From: Chiloscyllium plagiosum | Taxonomy: Eukaryota | DNA: 47,736 nucleotides | Direction of reading: 5' to 3' | Assembly: GCF_004010195.1 (NCBI RefSeq) | Contig: NC_057718.1 | Coordinates: 48,853,859 to 48,901,594, forward strand | Shown here: piece by piece, positions 23,330 to 35,283 of the stretch | How positions within the stretch are numbered: the first letter of the stretch is position 1 | Layout of the letters: the number at the start of each line of letters is the position of its first letter | The notes under the pieces: model-generated | Database searches by the model: none | What the model saw: the letters and a program-made list of their open reading frames with translations, nothing else | Told to the model about the DNA's origin: nothing | Made by a program: the position numbers and the translations under genes

Positions 23330-23850
23330 TGCAGATACTTCAATGGTCTTGCTTGCTGTCTAGAGTCAGTGAGAGAGCTGGGTTGTCTCTTTTTGTGAAG
23401 GCCCCACCTAGCCATGAGCCAAAAAGGCAGTGATGAGTCACACTGGTAGACCTTTCACTTGTTTCAAAACAATGGAGACTAGCAGTCCCATTTATTGAGA
23501 GCTGTCAGCCCCTTGGGTAGTGCATGAGCTCAGCTTCTAGATGGTCAGTGATTACAGTCCAAGAATCAAGGAGGGACGCAGACCACAAGAGGGGAAAGGT
23601 CTCACAGGGTGGGGGCCAACCACAAGGACAAAGGTTTGGCTCACAGTGAGATGCCTAATATTGAATTCTTGATGAGACGTTGGGTATCTTTGATCAAGAT
23701 ATACCACTCTCCCAACCCCTTGGAGATAGTAAGCTCTGGATGGTTTATTGACCATAATGGTGGCTTTGGTGACATGCCTGACTGCAGCTGGGTTAATGCA
23801 GAAGTGGGAGACAAGGCTCATCAATGGTCACTAATTGGTCACTTAATGGT
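23330..23850 (-). mobile_element. Decayed LINE endonuclease-region fragment (L2-like)
   Basis: Minus frame GVGRVVYLDQRYP...PVRPFPSCGLRP loosely resembles the APE GGGVA...YRPP region. Confidence 0.35.
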
Positions 23851-24351
23851 TTCTAATATTGGTGGGAGGGATGAACATTATATCTCCTCAGGATTTCATA
23901 GTTTGCTATTGAAGTAATGTTTAATGACAACAGAAGTAAATTACTGCCAAAATACATTTCTACGTGAATGTTATAGAATCCACCACATTTGCACATTGAA
24001 GCTATATTTTCCTCTATGAAGAAGTCATATCTTAACAAAATATTCATCCTTTCTCATTTCATATTTGACTTAGTGTTTTAAACTTAAATAAGTGTAATTA
24101 CGAGTGTTAAATTGCAGAGCTGGCTAAAGTAAATTAGGAAATTAGGTTGAAGTTTATACCTGTAAAGAAAATTTGTCGAAATATAATGAGAATTTGCATA
24201 GTACATTCCAGAGACAGAAAGATTCCGGGGAAAGGTTGTCCGTGGCTAACTAAAGGAGCTAAAACAACTATCAGATTGAAAGAAAAAGTGTACAAATTCC
24301 GTGAAGACATGTCAGATTGGAAGATGGGACAGAACACATGAAACATTAAAG

Positions 24352-26278
24352 AATTGAGAAACAAGAAAAGGATTATCACCTTATCAGGATTGTATTATAG
24401 ATCGCCTAATAGTCAGCGGGAAATTGAGAAACAAATTTGTAAGGAGATTTTAGTTATCTGTAAGAATAATAGGGTGGTTATGGTAGGGGATTTTAACTTT
24501 CCAAACATTGACTGGGAGTGCCATTGTGTTAAGGGTTTAGATGGAGTGTGTACAAGAAAAGTTTCTGATTCAGTATGTGGATGTACCTATTAGAGAAGAT
24601 GCAAAACTTGACCTCCTCTCAGGAAGTAAGGCAGGGCAGATGACTGAGGTGTCAATGGGGAAGCACTTTTGGGGGCCAGTGACCATAATTCTATTAGATT
24701 TAAAATTGTGATGGAAAAAGATAGACCAGATCTAAAAGTTAAAGTTCTAAATTGGAGGAAGGCTAATTTCGGCATTAGGTAAAAACGTTCAAAAGCTGAT
24801 TGGGGACGGATGTTCGCAGGTAAAATGACGGCTGGAAAATGGGAAGCCTTCAGAAATAAGACAACGAGAGTCCAGAGACAGTATATTCCTGATAGGGTGA
24901 AAGGAAAAGCTAGTAGATGGAGGGAATGCTGGATGACTAGAGAAATTGAGGTTTTGTTAAGAAAATGAAGGAAGCATATGTCAGGTATAGACAGTAGAGA
25001 TCAAGTGAATCCTTAGAAGAGTATAGAGTGGGAGTATACTTATGAGGGAAATTGGGAGGGCAAAAAAGGGGACATGAGATAGCTTTCAAATAGAGTTAAG
25101 GAGAATCCAAAGGGTTTTTACAAATACATTAAGGACAAAAGGGCAAATGGGAAAAAAATAGGGCCCTCAAAGATCAGCAAGGTGTTCTTTGTATGGAGCT
25201 ACAGGAGATGGGGAGATACTAAATGAATATTTTGCATCATTGTTTACTGTGGAGAAGGACATGGAAGATATACAATGGAGTGAAATAGATGGACATCTTT
25301 AAAAATCAGCTCCTTGAAAGTAGAGTCGCAGGTAGATAGGATAGCGAAGAAGACGTTTGGTATGCTTTCCTTTATTGGTCAGAGTAGATTAGATTAGATT
25401 ACTCACAGTGTGGAAACAGGCCCTTCGGCCCAACAAGTCCACACTGACCCTCAGAAGAACAACCCACCCAGACCCATTCCCCTACATCTAACACTACGGG
25501 CAATTTAGCATGGCCAATTCACCTAGCCTGCATATTTTTTTTGGACTGTGGGAGGAAACCGGAGCACCCGGAGGAAACCCATGCAGACACAAGGAGAATG
25601 TGCAAATTCCACACAGACAGTTGCCTGAGGCGGGAATTGAACCCAGGTCTCTGGCGCTGTGAGGCAGTAGCGTGAACCTCTGTGCCACCCATATTGAGTA
25701 TTGAGTCCAGGAGTTGGGAGGACATGTTGTGGCTGTACTGTACTTGGTTAGGCCACTTTAGGCATGCAATTCTGGTCTCCTTCCTATCGGAAAGATGTTG
25801 TGAAACTTGAAAAGGTTGAGAAAAGATTTACAAATATGTTGTCAGGATTTGAGCTATATGGAGAGGCTGAACAAGCTGGGGTTGTTTTCCCTGGAGCGTT
25901 GGAGGCTGAGGGGTGACCATATAGAAGTTTATAAAACCATGAGGGACATGGATAGGATAAATAGACAAAGTCTTTTCCCTGTGGTAGGGGGAGTGCACAA
26001 CAAGAGGGCATAGATTTAGGGTGAGAAGGGAAAGATATAAAAGAGACCTAAAGGGGCAACATTTTCATGCAGAGGGTGGTACGTGTATAGAATAAGCTGC
26101 CATAGGAAGTGGTGGAAGCTGGTACAATTGCAACATTTAAAAGGCATCTGGATGGGTATATGAATAAAAAGGGTTTAGAGAGAAATGGGCCAAGTGCTGA
26201 CAAATGGGAGTAGATTAGGCATGGAAGAGTTGGACCGAAGGGTCAGTTTCGGTGCTGTACATCTTTATGACTCTATGA
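24352..26278 (+). mobile_element. CR1 LINE (EN + linker + C-terminus), RT core deleted
   Basis: GLYYRSPNS...VVMVGDFNFPNIDW and SDHNSI; jumps at ~25306 from the pre-RT linker to gctccttgaaagtagagtcgcagg; tail tttatgactctatga. Confidence 0.9.
25386..25690 (-). mobile_element. HE1-type V-SINE nested in CR1
   Basis: B box ggttcaattcc, V-domain, (tctaa)n tail; host LINE resumes at attgagtccaggagttggg. Confidence 0.92.
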
Positions 26279-27461
26279 TGCTAATTCTTAAAAAATAGAT
26301 GAGAGGGAAATTAAAGTTTGAAAGAAAGCTACCTAGAAATATTTATAAATGCAAAAGTAACTACTGGAATGCCACAGGAATCAGTGATGGGGCCACAATT
26401 ATTTGCAATGTATAATCAGTGACTCATATGAGGAAGGTGAATGTGCCATAGCCAAATGTGAGGATTAGAAAAAAAGGTGGAAGTCACAGCTTGAGGGTGA
26501 TACAAAGAGTCTGCAGGAGGGTAGCGACAGGTTCACCAAATGGACACATACTTGCCAGATGGAATATAAGTAGTAAAATGTGACATTGCATCTCGGCAGG
26601 AAGATTCAAGGAGCAAATCTTACTTAAGTGGAGAAAGACTAGAAAGGAATTTGGGAATACTCATGCATAAACTATAAAAAGCTAGTGTATAAATTCAACA
26701 GGTAAGAGGGAAGGCAAGTTGAATATTGCCCTATATTTCAAAGGGAATGGAATGTAAGGGACAACTTGTTAAAATTATACTATGTGGGTCTTTATCTGAA
26801 TGCCAGTGAGTGAGCAGGGGAGTACCGTAGGGATCAGGACTAGGAGCCCAGTTCCTGACAGTGCATGTTAATGATTAGAGTGGTGCTCGAAAAGCACAGC
26901 ATGTCAGGCAGCATCAATGGTGTGGGAATGAACATTATATCTCAAAGTTTGCAGATGATACAAAGCTAGATGGAAGATTAAGCTATGAGGTGGATGTTGC
27001 AGGGTGATTTAAACAGGCTGAGTAAGTGGACAAATGTATTGTAGATGTAGTATAATGTAAATATATTGAGGTTATACAGTTTGCTAGCAAAAATAGAAAT
27101 TTGAATAGCTGGAAATTGATGGAGGGGAATGTTCAGTGAGACCTTGGTCTCCTCATGCTCCAACTGCTGAAAGGCGCAGCGGGCAGTAAAGAAGACAAAC
27201 TGTACGTTGGCTTCATAGCGAGAAGATTTGAGTACAGGAACAAGGATGTCTTGCTGCAATTATACAGAGTATTGGTGAGGCCACACCTGGAATTGTGATT
27301 GCAGTTTTGGTCTTCTTACCTGAGGAAGGTTGTTCTTGCTGTAGTGTGAATACTGCAAAGGTTTACCACATTAATTCCTGGGATGGCAGGACTGATGTAT
27401 GAGGAGAAGTTGAGTTGTTAGGATCACATTCACTGGAGTTTAGAAGAATGAGAGGAATTTG

Positions 27462-27775
27462 GGGGTGGCACGGTGGCTCAGTGGTTAGCACTGTTGCCTC
27501 ACAAGCACTAGGGTCCCAGGTTCGATTCCAGCCTTGGGTGACTGTGTGGAATTTGCACATTCTCCCCGTGTCTGTGTGGGTTTCCTCCGGGTGCTCCGGT
27601 TTCCTCCCACAATCCAAAGATGTGCAGGTTGGGTGAATTGGCCATGCTAAATTGCCCATAGTGCTAGGTGCATTAGTCAGAGGGAAATGGGTCTGGGTGG
27701 GTTGCTGTTCGGAGGGTTGGTGTGGACTGGTTGGGCTGAAGGGCCTGTTTCCACACTGTAGGGAATCTAATGTAA
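27462..27775 (+). mobile_element. HE1-type V-SINE
   Basis: A box tggctcagtgg, B box ggttcgattcc, V-domain, tail gggaatctaatgtaat. Confidence 0.92.
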
Positions 27776-27955
27776 TATCATATAAATGTATGAAGTTCTG
27801 ACAGGATTAACGTAAGAAGGATGCTTGTAATTGTGGGGGTGTCCAGAACCAGGGGTCATAGTTTAGGAATAAGGAACTGAGATGACAAAATATTTATTTA
27901 CCCAGAGAGTGGTGAGCCTGTGGAATTCACTACCACAGAAAACAGTTAAGGCTTA

Positions 27956-28313
27956 AATTATGAGGGGCATTGATAGGGTAAATAGACAAAGTATTTTCCC
28001 TGGGATCGGGGAGTCCAGAACTAGAGGTCATAGGTTTAGGGTGAGAGGGGAAAGATATAAAAGAGACCTAAGGGGGAACTTTTTCATGCAGCGGGTGCTA
28101 TGTGTATGGAATGATCTGCCAGAGGAAGTGGTGGAGGCTGGTACAATTGCAACAGTTAAAAGGCATTTGGATGGGTATATGAATAGGAAGGGTTTGGAGG
28201 GATATGGGCCGGGTGCTGGCAGGTGGGACTAGATTGGGTTGGAATACCTGGTCGGCATGGTCAGGTTGGACTGAAGGGTCTGTTTCCATGCTGTACACCT
28301 CTATGACTATGAC
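27956..28313 (+). mobile_element. CR1 LINE 3' end nested in older CR1
   Basis: MRGIDRVNRQSIFPGIGESRTRGHRFRVRGERYKRDLRG; tail ctctatgactatgact. Confidence 0.92.
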
Positions 28314-28509
28314 TATTGTATGAATTCAAGAAGGAATTGGATATAGCCTTTGTGGCTAAAGGGATCTGGGGACATGGGGCTTGGTCAGGATTACTGCGCT
28401 CGATGATCAGCTTGAAAGGCATTGAAAGGCAGAGCAGACTCGAGGGGTTGAATGGCCTCCTCCTGCTCTTATTTTCGATATGTCTATGCTTCATACAAAA
28501 AAATACTAC

Positions 28510-30320
28510 AAAAGAAGACAGCACCTGGAATACAGTGAACAATTTTGTCCTCTTATCTAAGGACAATTATAGTGCCATTGGATGCAGTCTGGAGAAAGTT
28601 CACTAGGTTGTTCCCCGAATATAAGAAAGTGAGGACTGCAGACGCTGGAGAGTCAGAGTCGAAAAGTGTGGCGCTGGAAAAGCACAGCAGGTCACACAGC
28701 ATCTGAGGAGCAAGAGAGTCAATGCTTCAGGCATTGGAGGGGTTCCGAGTTGGTGGGCTGGATCTGAGGGGTAGCGAGATTTGAAAACTGGTGAAGTTGA
28801 TGTTGATGCTGTGTGATTGAAGGGTCACAAAGTGTAAGGCGAGGCATTCTTCCTCAGTTGTCGGGTGGCTTGGATTGGAGTAGAGGAGACCCAGAACTTG
28901 CATGTTCTTGGGGGAATGGGAGGGGGAGTTGAAGTGGTTGTCACAGGAAGGTGGCATTGTTTGGTGCATGTGTCTCCAAGATGTTGGTGTCTGGTCTCCC
29001 CAGTGTCGAGGAGACCACAATGAGAGCAACGGACACAGTAGATGAGGTGGTTGGAAATGCAGGAAAATCTTTGAGGCCTTGGATGGAGGTGAGGGGTGTG
29101 GTGTGGGTGTAGGTACTGGGAGTGGAGGGTGGGTTGGTTGGGGGGTTGTTGGGAAACGGACTAACGAGGGAGGCATGGAGGAAAAGGTCTCTGCAAAATG
29201 CAGATGGGGTAGGGAGACAAATATATATCTGGTGGTGGGACTGATGGTAGGTGGCAGAAATGGTGGAGGATGATGTGCTGTATCCAGAGATTAATGGGGT
29301 GGAAGGTGAGGACTGGGGAGTGAGGGGCGGGGCGTGGTTTCTATCCTTGTTGTAGTTGGAGGGGCGGGCTTCAGGGCAGAGGTGCAGGAGGTGGAGGAGA
29401 TATGATGGAAGGTGTGATTGATCATGAGAGAGGGGATATTGTGGTCCTTGAAGAAGGAGGCCATCTGGGATGCCCTGGAGTGGAATTACTCCTGCTGGGA
29501 GCAGATATAGCAGAGGTGGAGGAATTATAAGTAATAGATCATGTTTTTATGGGGTGATGTGGGAAGAGGTGCAGTCAAGGTAGCTATGGGAGTTGGATTT
29601 GAAATAGATGTCCATGTTGAGTTGGCCGCTGGAGATAGAAATGGAGGGGTCCAAGAACGGGAAGGAGGTGTCAGAGATGGTCCATGTGAACGTAAGGTCA
29701 CTGCCCTCTTGATCAGTGCTATCTGTCCATCTTCCTTTCCACCTATCCGTTCCAACCTCTCCACTGACCTATCACTATTAACCCCCACCTGTATCTACCT
29801 AAAGCCTTCCCAGCTATCTTCCCCCCTGCATCACCCTCACACCCCTATTTATCTGTCAGATCCCTTCCCCCTCCACATTCCTGATGAAGGCCTTATGCCT
29901 GAAACATCGACTCTTCTGCTCCTTGGGTGCTGCCTGACTTGCTGTGTTTTTCCAGCGCCACACTTTTCAACTCTGTCTTTTATCAGGAGAGAATGAATAG
30001 GTTGGGTTTGTACTCATTGGAGTTGAGAAGAATGGGAGGCAGCCTTATTAAAACATACAAGATCCTTTAGGAGCTTGACAAGGTAGGTGCAGAAAAGTTG
30101 CAGAAGAGTCGATGACCAAAGGGTGCAATCTTAGAATAAATAGTTGCCCCACTGGATGAGGAAGGATTTCTTCCCTCAGAGGGTAGTGAACTGAGGAATT
30201 CTTTACTGCAGATGTCTGTCAGTGCTAGGTCATTAAGTATTTTTAGATCAGCCATGATCTCATTGATGGTCAAGCAGACTCAATGGGTTGAGTGGCCTCC
30301 CTCTGCTCCTAAATCTTATA
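28510..30320 (+). mobile_element. CR1 3' fragment split by a Penelope element
   Basis: ...AV.RKFTRLFP (to 28625) resumes at 29976 as ERMNRLGLYSLELRRMGGSLIKTYKI. Confidence 0.7.
28626..29975 (-). mobile_element. Rearranged Penelope-like element with inverted pLTRs
   Basis: Minus-strand decayed RT thumb and GIY-YIG (HLIYCVRCSHCGLL.TGET; NHFNSPSHS..MQVLGLL); plus-strand 3' UTR/pLTR 29698-29975 with ATTC-CTGATGA-A-GGC-CTTAT-GCCT-GAAA-CATC; inverted pLTR plus tail at 28626-28733. Confidence 0.85.
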
Positions 30321-30518
30321 GGAAAAAGTGAGGACAGCAGATGCTGGAGATCAGAGTCGAGAGTGTGTTGCTGGGAACGCACAGCAGTTCAGATCAGGCA
30401 GCATCTGAGGAACAGGAGAATTGATGTTTCAGGCATAAGCCCTTCATCAGGAACCATTCTCCTGCTCTTCGGATGCTGCCTGATCTGCTGTGCTTTCCCA
30501 GCAAAACACTCTCAACTG
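30321..30518. mobile_element. Penelope-like fold-back mini-element
   Basis: Imperfect inverted arms ~30355-30421/30456-30517; tail on the left; TSD cta(a/c)atcttata 30309-30320/30519-30530; minus-strand CTGATGA-A-GGGC-TTAT-GCCT-GAAA-CATC. Confidence 0.85.
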
Positions 30519-31125
30519 CTACATCTTATAATCTTATTTAAAAAGGGAAAAAAAGGAAGTAACTTGAGCATTGGTCCCCTTGAGAGTCTGTCTAAGGAAT
30601 TAGTAATGGAAAATAAGGCAGTAATAAATAGCTTCAACAGATATTCTGTATTTGACTTCACTGCACAGGATATAAATAACATAACAGCAGTAGTTATAAA
30701 ACAAAAGGTAAAAGGGCGGAAGGAACTTCAAACAATTGCAATTATCTGGGAAAGGGTATTGAGAAAATTATTAGAACTAAAAGCAGATATGTCCCTGGCC
30801 CTGACTGACTTCTAGAGCCTGAAAACAAGTAGCTGCTGAGATAATGGATAAAAATGGTTTCAACATTCTAAAGGACTCTAAACTCCCTAAAGGTCCCATC
30901 AGACTGAAGATATGAATGTAATCCCGCTATACATGGAGGGAGGGAGACAAGGAAGCTGGAAACTCCAACAACATTCATAAGGAAATGCTGAAATCTAATA
31001 TTAAGGAGATTATAGCAGGGAACGTAATGCAGTGAGACAGATTCAAGGTGGGTTTTATGACAGGAAATTATGCTTGGCTGATTGATGTTTTTTGAGGAAT
31101 TAGAAAGCAGCATGAATAAAGAGGA

Positions 31126-31226
31126 GAAAGTGGGTTGATGAAGGGCTTATGCCTGAGACGTCGATTCTCCTGCTGCTTGTATGCTGCCTGATCTGCTGTG
31201 CTTTTCCAGCACCACAGTCTCAACTT
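31126..31226 (+). mobile_element. Minimal Penelope pLTR insertion
   Basis: gaaagtg (inverted tail stub) + ttgatgaagggcttatgcctgagacgtcgattctcc...; TSD atgaataaa(g/t)agga 31112-31125/31227-31240. Confidence 0.8.
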
Positions 31227-31311
31227 ATGAATAAATAGGAACCCAACAGAAGGGAGTTGACAAAGTACTACATCAAAGGTTACAATGCAATAATACCTCA
31301 TAGTGTAGGAG

Positions 31312-32083
31312 TGTTAGAATTTGGGGGATTGTGATCACATTTACCTAATAAAAACAACCAGCCATTTCTTAGTAATGTGGAATTTAAGAAGCACCAGTTT
31401 AGATATGATGCATTAGTTAATTAGACAAAAGAAGAAAATATCCAACCCATGACAGTTGAGGACACTTTACTGACCCTGAAGCCATGCTATTCAATGGAGG
31501 ATCAGGATCAGTGGACCCTTGTGGCTTTGAAGTGATGAAATGTGTGACCCTGATTTTTCACATACTTTGGTCTTTGGTGGCAACAGTCTTTATTCTTCCC
31601 TTGAGTTTATGTATGGGAACTCCTGGTCTTCTCTCCAGAAGATGGTGGCTTGTTTCCCCGGCTCCACTGTCTTCCTCTTTCCCACTTACCCATGTTGATG
31701 TACCCTATTTGGGGGTTGGCAGTCTATGCTATGTTAGTCTGAACTCTCTCGGCAAAAGATCACAGACTGCTACTCATGACACGAGGATGATCATTGTCCC
31801 CTTTCTGGCCTTCATCTGAGGGTTTGTTTACCATTCTTTTTAAAAACAAAACCTTTATTTTCCCAAACAGTGCATTGATAATAGGGTACATAAGGGGCCA
31901 GATATATTATTATTAGTTCAATGGGGCATCATGACATCAATGATTCTTGTGATTCTTGTGACCTTTTCTTTTCGGAGGTTAGAAATTTGGAAAACTAATT
32001 ACTAGTGTAATTGCAGTTAAATAAAACTCATGCTGAACTGTAAATATTCGGAAGTTTAGTTTTTAGTGCGATCCCAATTTCCA
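31312..32083. mobile_element. Unidentified ~770-bp insertion in CR1 (possible solo LTR)
   Basis: Interrupts otherwise colinear CR1 RT; begins TGTTAG, ends TTTCCA, AATAAA at ~32020; no TSD found. Confidence 0.3.
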
Positions 32084-33414
32084 TTGGTGGGTATATCATA
32101 TAGAGGTTTGGTTACCTAACAAGAAACAGATAGTAGGCATAAATGGCAAGATGTAACAAGTAGATTATCCAAGTAGATCAGTTCTGAGTCCTCAATTCCT
32201 GACAATCTATATCAATGACTTGGATGAAGGGACTGAATGTATGGTTGCTGAATATGCTGCCGATATGTAGGAAAGTAAACTGCAGCTTAGAAGAAACGAG
32301 AGATGATCTTGAGAAGACAGTGACAGTGGCTCTTGAAAGGATGATTCCCTATGAGGGGGAGTCGAGAGTTAGGAGACACAGTTTAACAGCAAGAGGCCTC
32401 CTAATTAAGATGGAGATTAGAATATCTTTTCTCTCAGAGAGTTATGAATCTCTTCCCCAGAGAACGGTGGAGATAATGTTGCTGAACATTTTCAAGGAAC
32501 AGGTAGATAGACTCTTGACCAACATGGGAGTCAAAAAGCTTTCAGCAGTAGGTCGGAAAGTGAAGTAAAGGCCATGATCTCTCCGTACCACAAATGATGC
32601 AGTAGAGCTGAGGAGTAGAATGACCTATTCCTGCTCCTATTTCATAAGTTTATATGTGCATAACACTTTGGACAATGCATTGGAGCGTAGGTCTATATTG
32701 TGTGCTCCTATCCATAGTTGAACTTCACCCCACTGTTTTCTGATTTAAAGGCAAGACCCAAACTGATGCTTGGAATTCTCTGTTATATCCTGTTGTTCAT
32801 TAATGTTTCAAATTATTCCCAATTTAGTATAACCAGCAAACATGAAGAGTCTTGTTAATGTGTTTTTTTCTTGAATTGTTAATTTACATAAGATGCAACA
32901 ACTGCAAAGGTGAAAGCAATGTATTGTCACATCAGTCAGTTTGTCTCAATTAATACTAAATTAAGACTTTTAACTTACTGTAGATAAAATAGCCACATGC
33001 ACCAGACTGAGTGCATTTCACATTTGATTCTTGACAAGAGAAGAACAGAGAACACAGGCCGTATTTCCAGTTGCTGCTTAGGAGAGGAATGGGTGGGAGT
33101 ATGATTTGAATCTTGTGCCCCTAAAGGGTGACCGAGAACCACATCATCTTCAGTTGGCAAGTTTCAAAGTCCCTTCAAGGAGAGGGAATGTGAAGCCAAT
33201 TTGTGACCAGTTAATGGCTACTTAAACTCCTTCAGGAGCTATTCCGGTCCCAACTGGAATAGGCCTTTAACAAATTGAAAAGATTTTCAATCTTTTTGCC
33301 AGATGAACAATCTAATGCATGTTAGCGCTCGGCTAGTATTTTACTGAGAGCAAAAGAAACTTAAATTCCATTTGTATGATTTTTGTGAAGTTTGAAGGGT
33401 CAACTAGGCAAACT

Positions 33415-34343
33415 AACTTGGATGAGGAGGTTGAGGTGTGGGTTCATAAATTTGCAGATGACACAAAAGTTGGAGGTGCCATTGATACTATCGAGGGCTA
33501 TTGCAGGCTGCAGCGTGACATAGACAGGATGCAGAGCTGGGCTGAGAAATGGTTGATGGAGTTCAACCTGGATAAATGTGGAGTGATGCATTTTGGAAGG
33601 TCGAACTTGAATGCTGAATACAGAACTTAAAGACAGGATTTGTGGCAGTGTGGAGGAATAGAGGGATCTTGGTGTTCAAGTATATAGATCCCTCAAAGTT
33701 GCCACCCAAGTGGATAGAGTTGTTAAGAAAGCATATGGTGTTTTGGCTTTCATTAACGGGGCATTAAATTTAAGAGCTGTAAGGTTTTGCTATAGCTCTA
33801 CAAGTCCCTGCTGAGACCACAGTTGGAATATTGTGCCCACTTCTGGCCATCCTACTATAGGAAAGATACAGAGGCTTTGGAGAGGGTGCAAAGAAGGTTT
33901 AGCAGGATGCTGCCTGGACTGGAGGACTTGTCTTATGAAGAGAGATTGACTAAGCTCGGACTTTTCTCTCTGGAGAGAAGGAGGAAGAGAGGTGACGTGA
34001 TCGAGGTACACAAGATAATGAGAGGCATGGATAGAGTCAGTAGCCAGAGACCTTTCCCCAGGGCAGGATTGACTGGGACGAGGGGTCATAGTTTTAAGAT
34101 ATTAGGAGGAAGGTATAGAGGAGACGTCAGAGGAAGGTTCTTTATGCAGAGAGTTGTGTATGCATGGAATGCGTTGCCAGCAGTGGTGGTGGAAGCAGAG
34201 TCATTAGAAACGTTTAAGTAACTGCTCAACATGCACATGAATAGCAGTGAATTTAGGGGTGTGTAGGTTAAGTTATTTTATTTTACATTAGGATTAATCC
34301 TTGGCACAACATCGTGGTCCAAAGGGCCTGTTCTGTGCTGTAC
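33415..34343 (+). mobile_element. CR1 LINE RT C-half and 3' UTR
   Basis: HKFADDTKVGG; ALERVQRRFSRMLPGLE; tail ttctatgttctatgttcta. Confidence 0.94.
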
Positions 34344-34459
34344 TTTTCTATGTTCTATGTTCTAACTGGGTCAACAGCAATGTGCTATCTATTGCCACTT
34401 TGTGCTGTCTTTATCCGGCTTGCCCTTTCATGGATTGCCACTCTCCTTGGCGAAATAAG

Positions 34460-35110
34460 AGACTGATGGCTAATGGAATGTTGGTCCTTATTTTGAGGGG
34501 TTTGGGGTAGAAGAGTAGGGAAGTCTTACTGCAACTGTAGAAGGTGCTGGTCAGACTCCATCTGGAATGCTGTGGGTAGTTTTGATCCCCTTAAGGAAAG
34601 ATCTAACTTCATTGGAGGCAACTCAGAGAGCAGTCATGTGGATGATCTCTGGTACAGAGGGATTGTAATATGAGCAAAAGCTAAACATGTTGGGACTCTA
34701 CTCACTGGAGTTTAGGAATGAAAGGTGATCTCATTGAAAAATATATGATTCTTAAGGGGCTTGACAGGGTAAATGCTGAGAGGATGTTTGCCCCTTTTGG
34801 GAGAGTCTAGGACCAGAGGGCATAGTCTCAGGATAAAGGGGTGCCATTTTAAGATTATGATGAGGTGAGATTTCTTCTCTTAGGAGGTTGTGAGTCTTTG
34901 GAACTCCTTGCCACAGAGAGCTCTGGGGCAGAATCCTTGTGTATACTTAAGGCTGAGAAAGATTCTTGATCAGCTGTGGTATCAAGGGTTTTTTGGGAAA
35001 GGGTAGGAAAGTGGATGTGTTGAACATTGGATCAGCCATAACCCTATTGAAATGCAGAGCAGCCTTGAGGGGCCAAATGCCCTCCTCTGTTCCTATTACT
35101 TATGTTCTTA
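34460..35110 (+). mobile_element. Older CR1 3' fragment
   Basis: VLVRLHLEC; LGLYSLEFR; SLWNSLPQRA; 3' end cctattacttatgttctta. Confidence 0.85.
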
Positions 35111-35283
35111 CTCTCCAACATAACTGACACTTGCTTTGACTGTTGGGACCACCTCCTACTCAGCCCTTATTCTGGGGACTGAGCTCACATCATGCTCAAT
35201 CGGCCTAGTTATATCTCAAAATAGTATAACAGAATGACTCAGGTTCCCATGTTTGATCGGGACCTAGAATTCATCCAGATTTC

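Larger units (their letters stand above)
26280..28490 (+). mobile_element. Older CR1 RT/3' fragments hosting nested insertions
   Basis: SKFADDTKL at ~26941; LVRPHLE; LWNSLPQK; 3' end ggcctcctcctgctcttattttcgatatg; short pLTR piece at 26875-26915. Confidence 0.8.
30530..32655 (+). mobile_element. Old CR1 ORF2 remnant with two insertions
   Basis: VLRKLLELKADMSL..D; IYINDLDEGTECMVAEYA.D; 3' end cctattcctgctcctatttcataag. Confidence 0.7.

Noticed and set aside
30288..30815. 175-aa ORF
   Set aside because: Chimeric read-through of a Penelope hairpin and decayed CR1 linker
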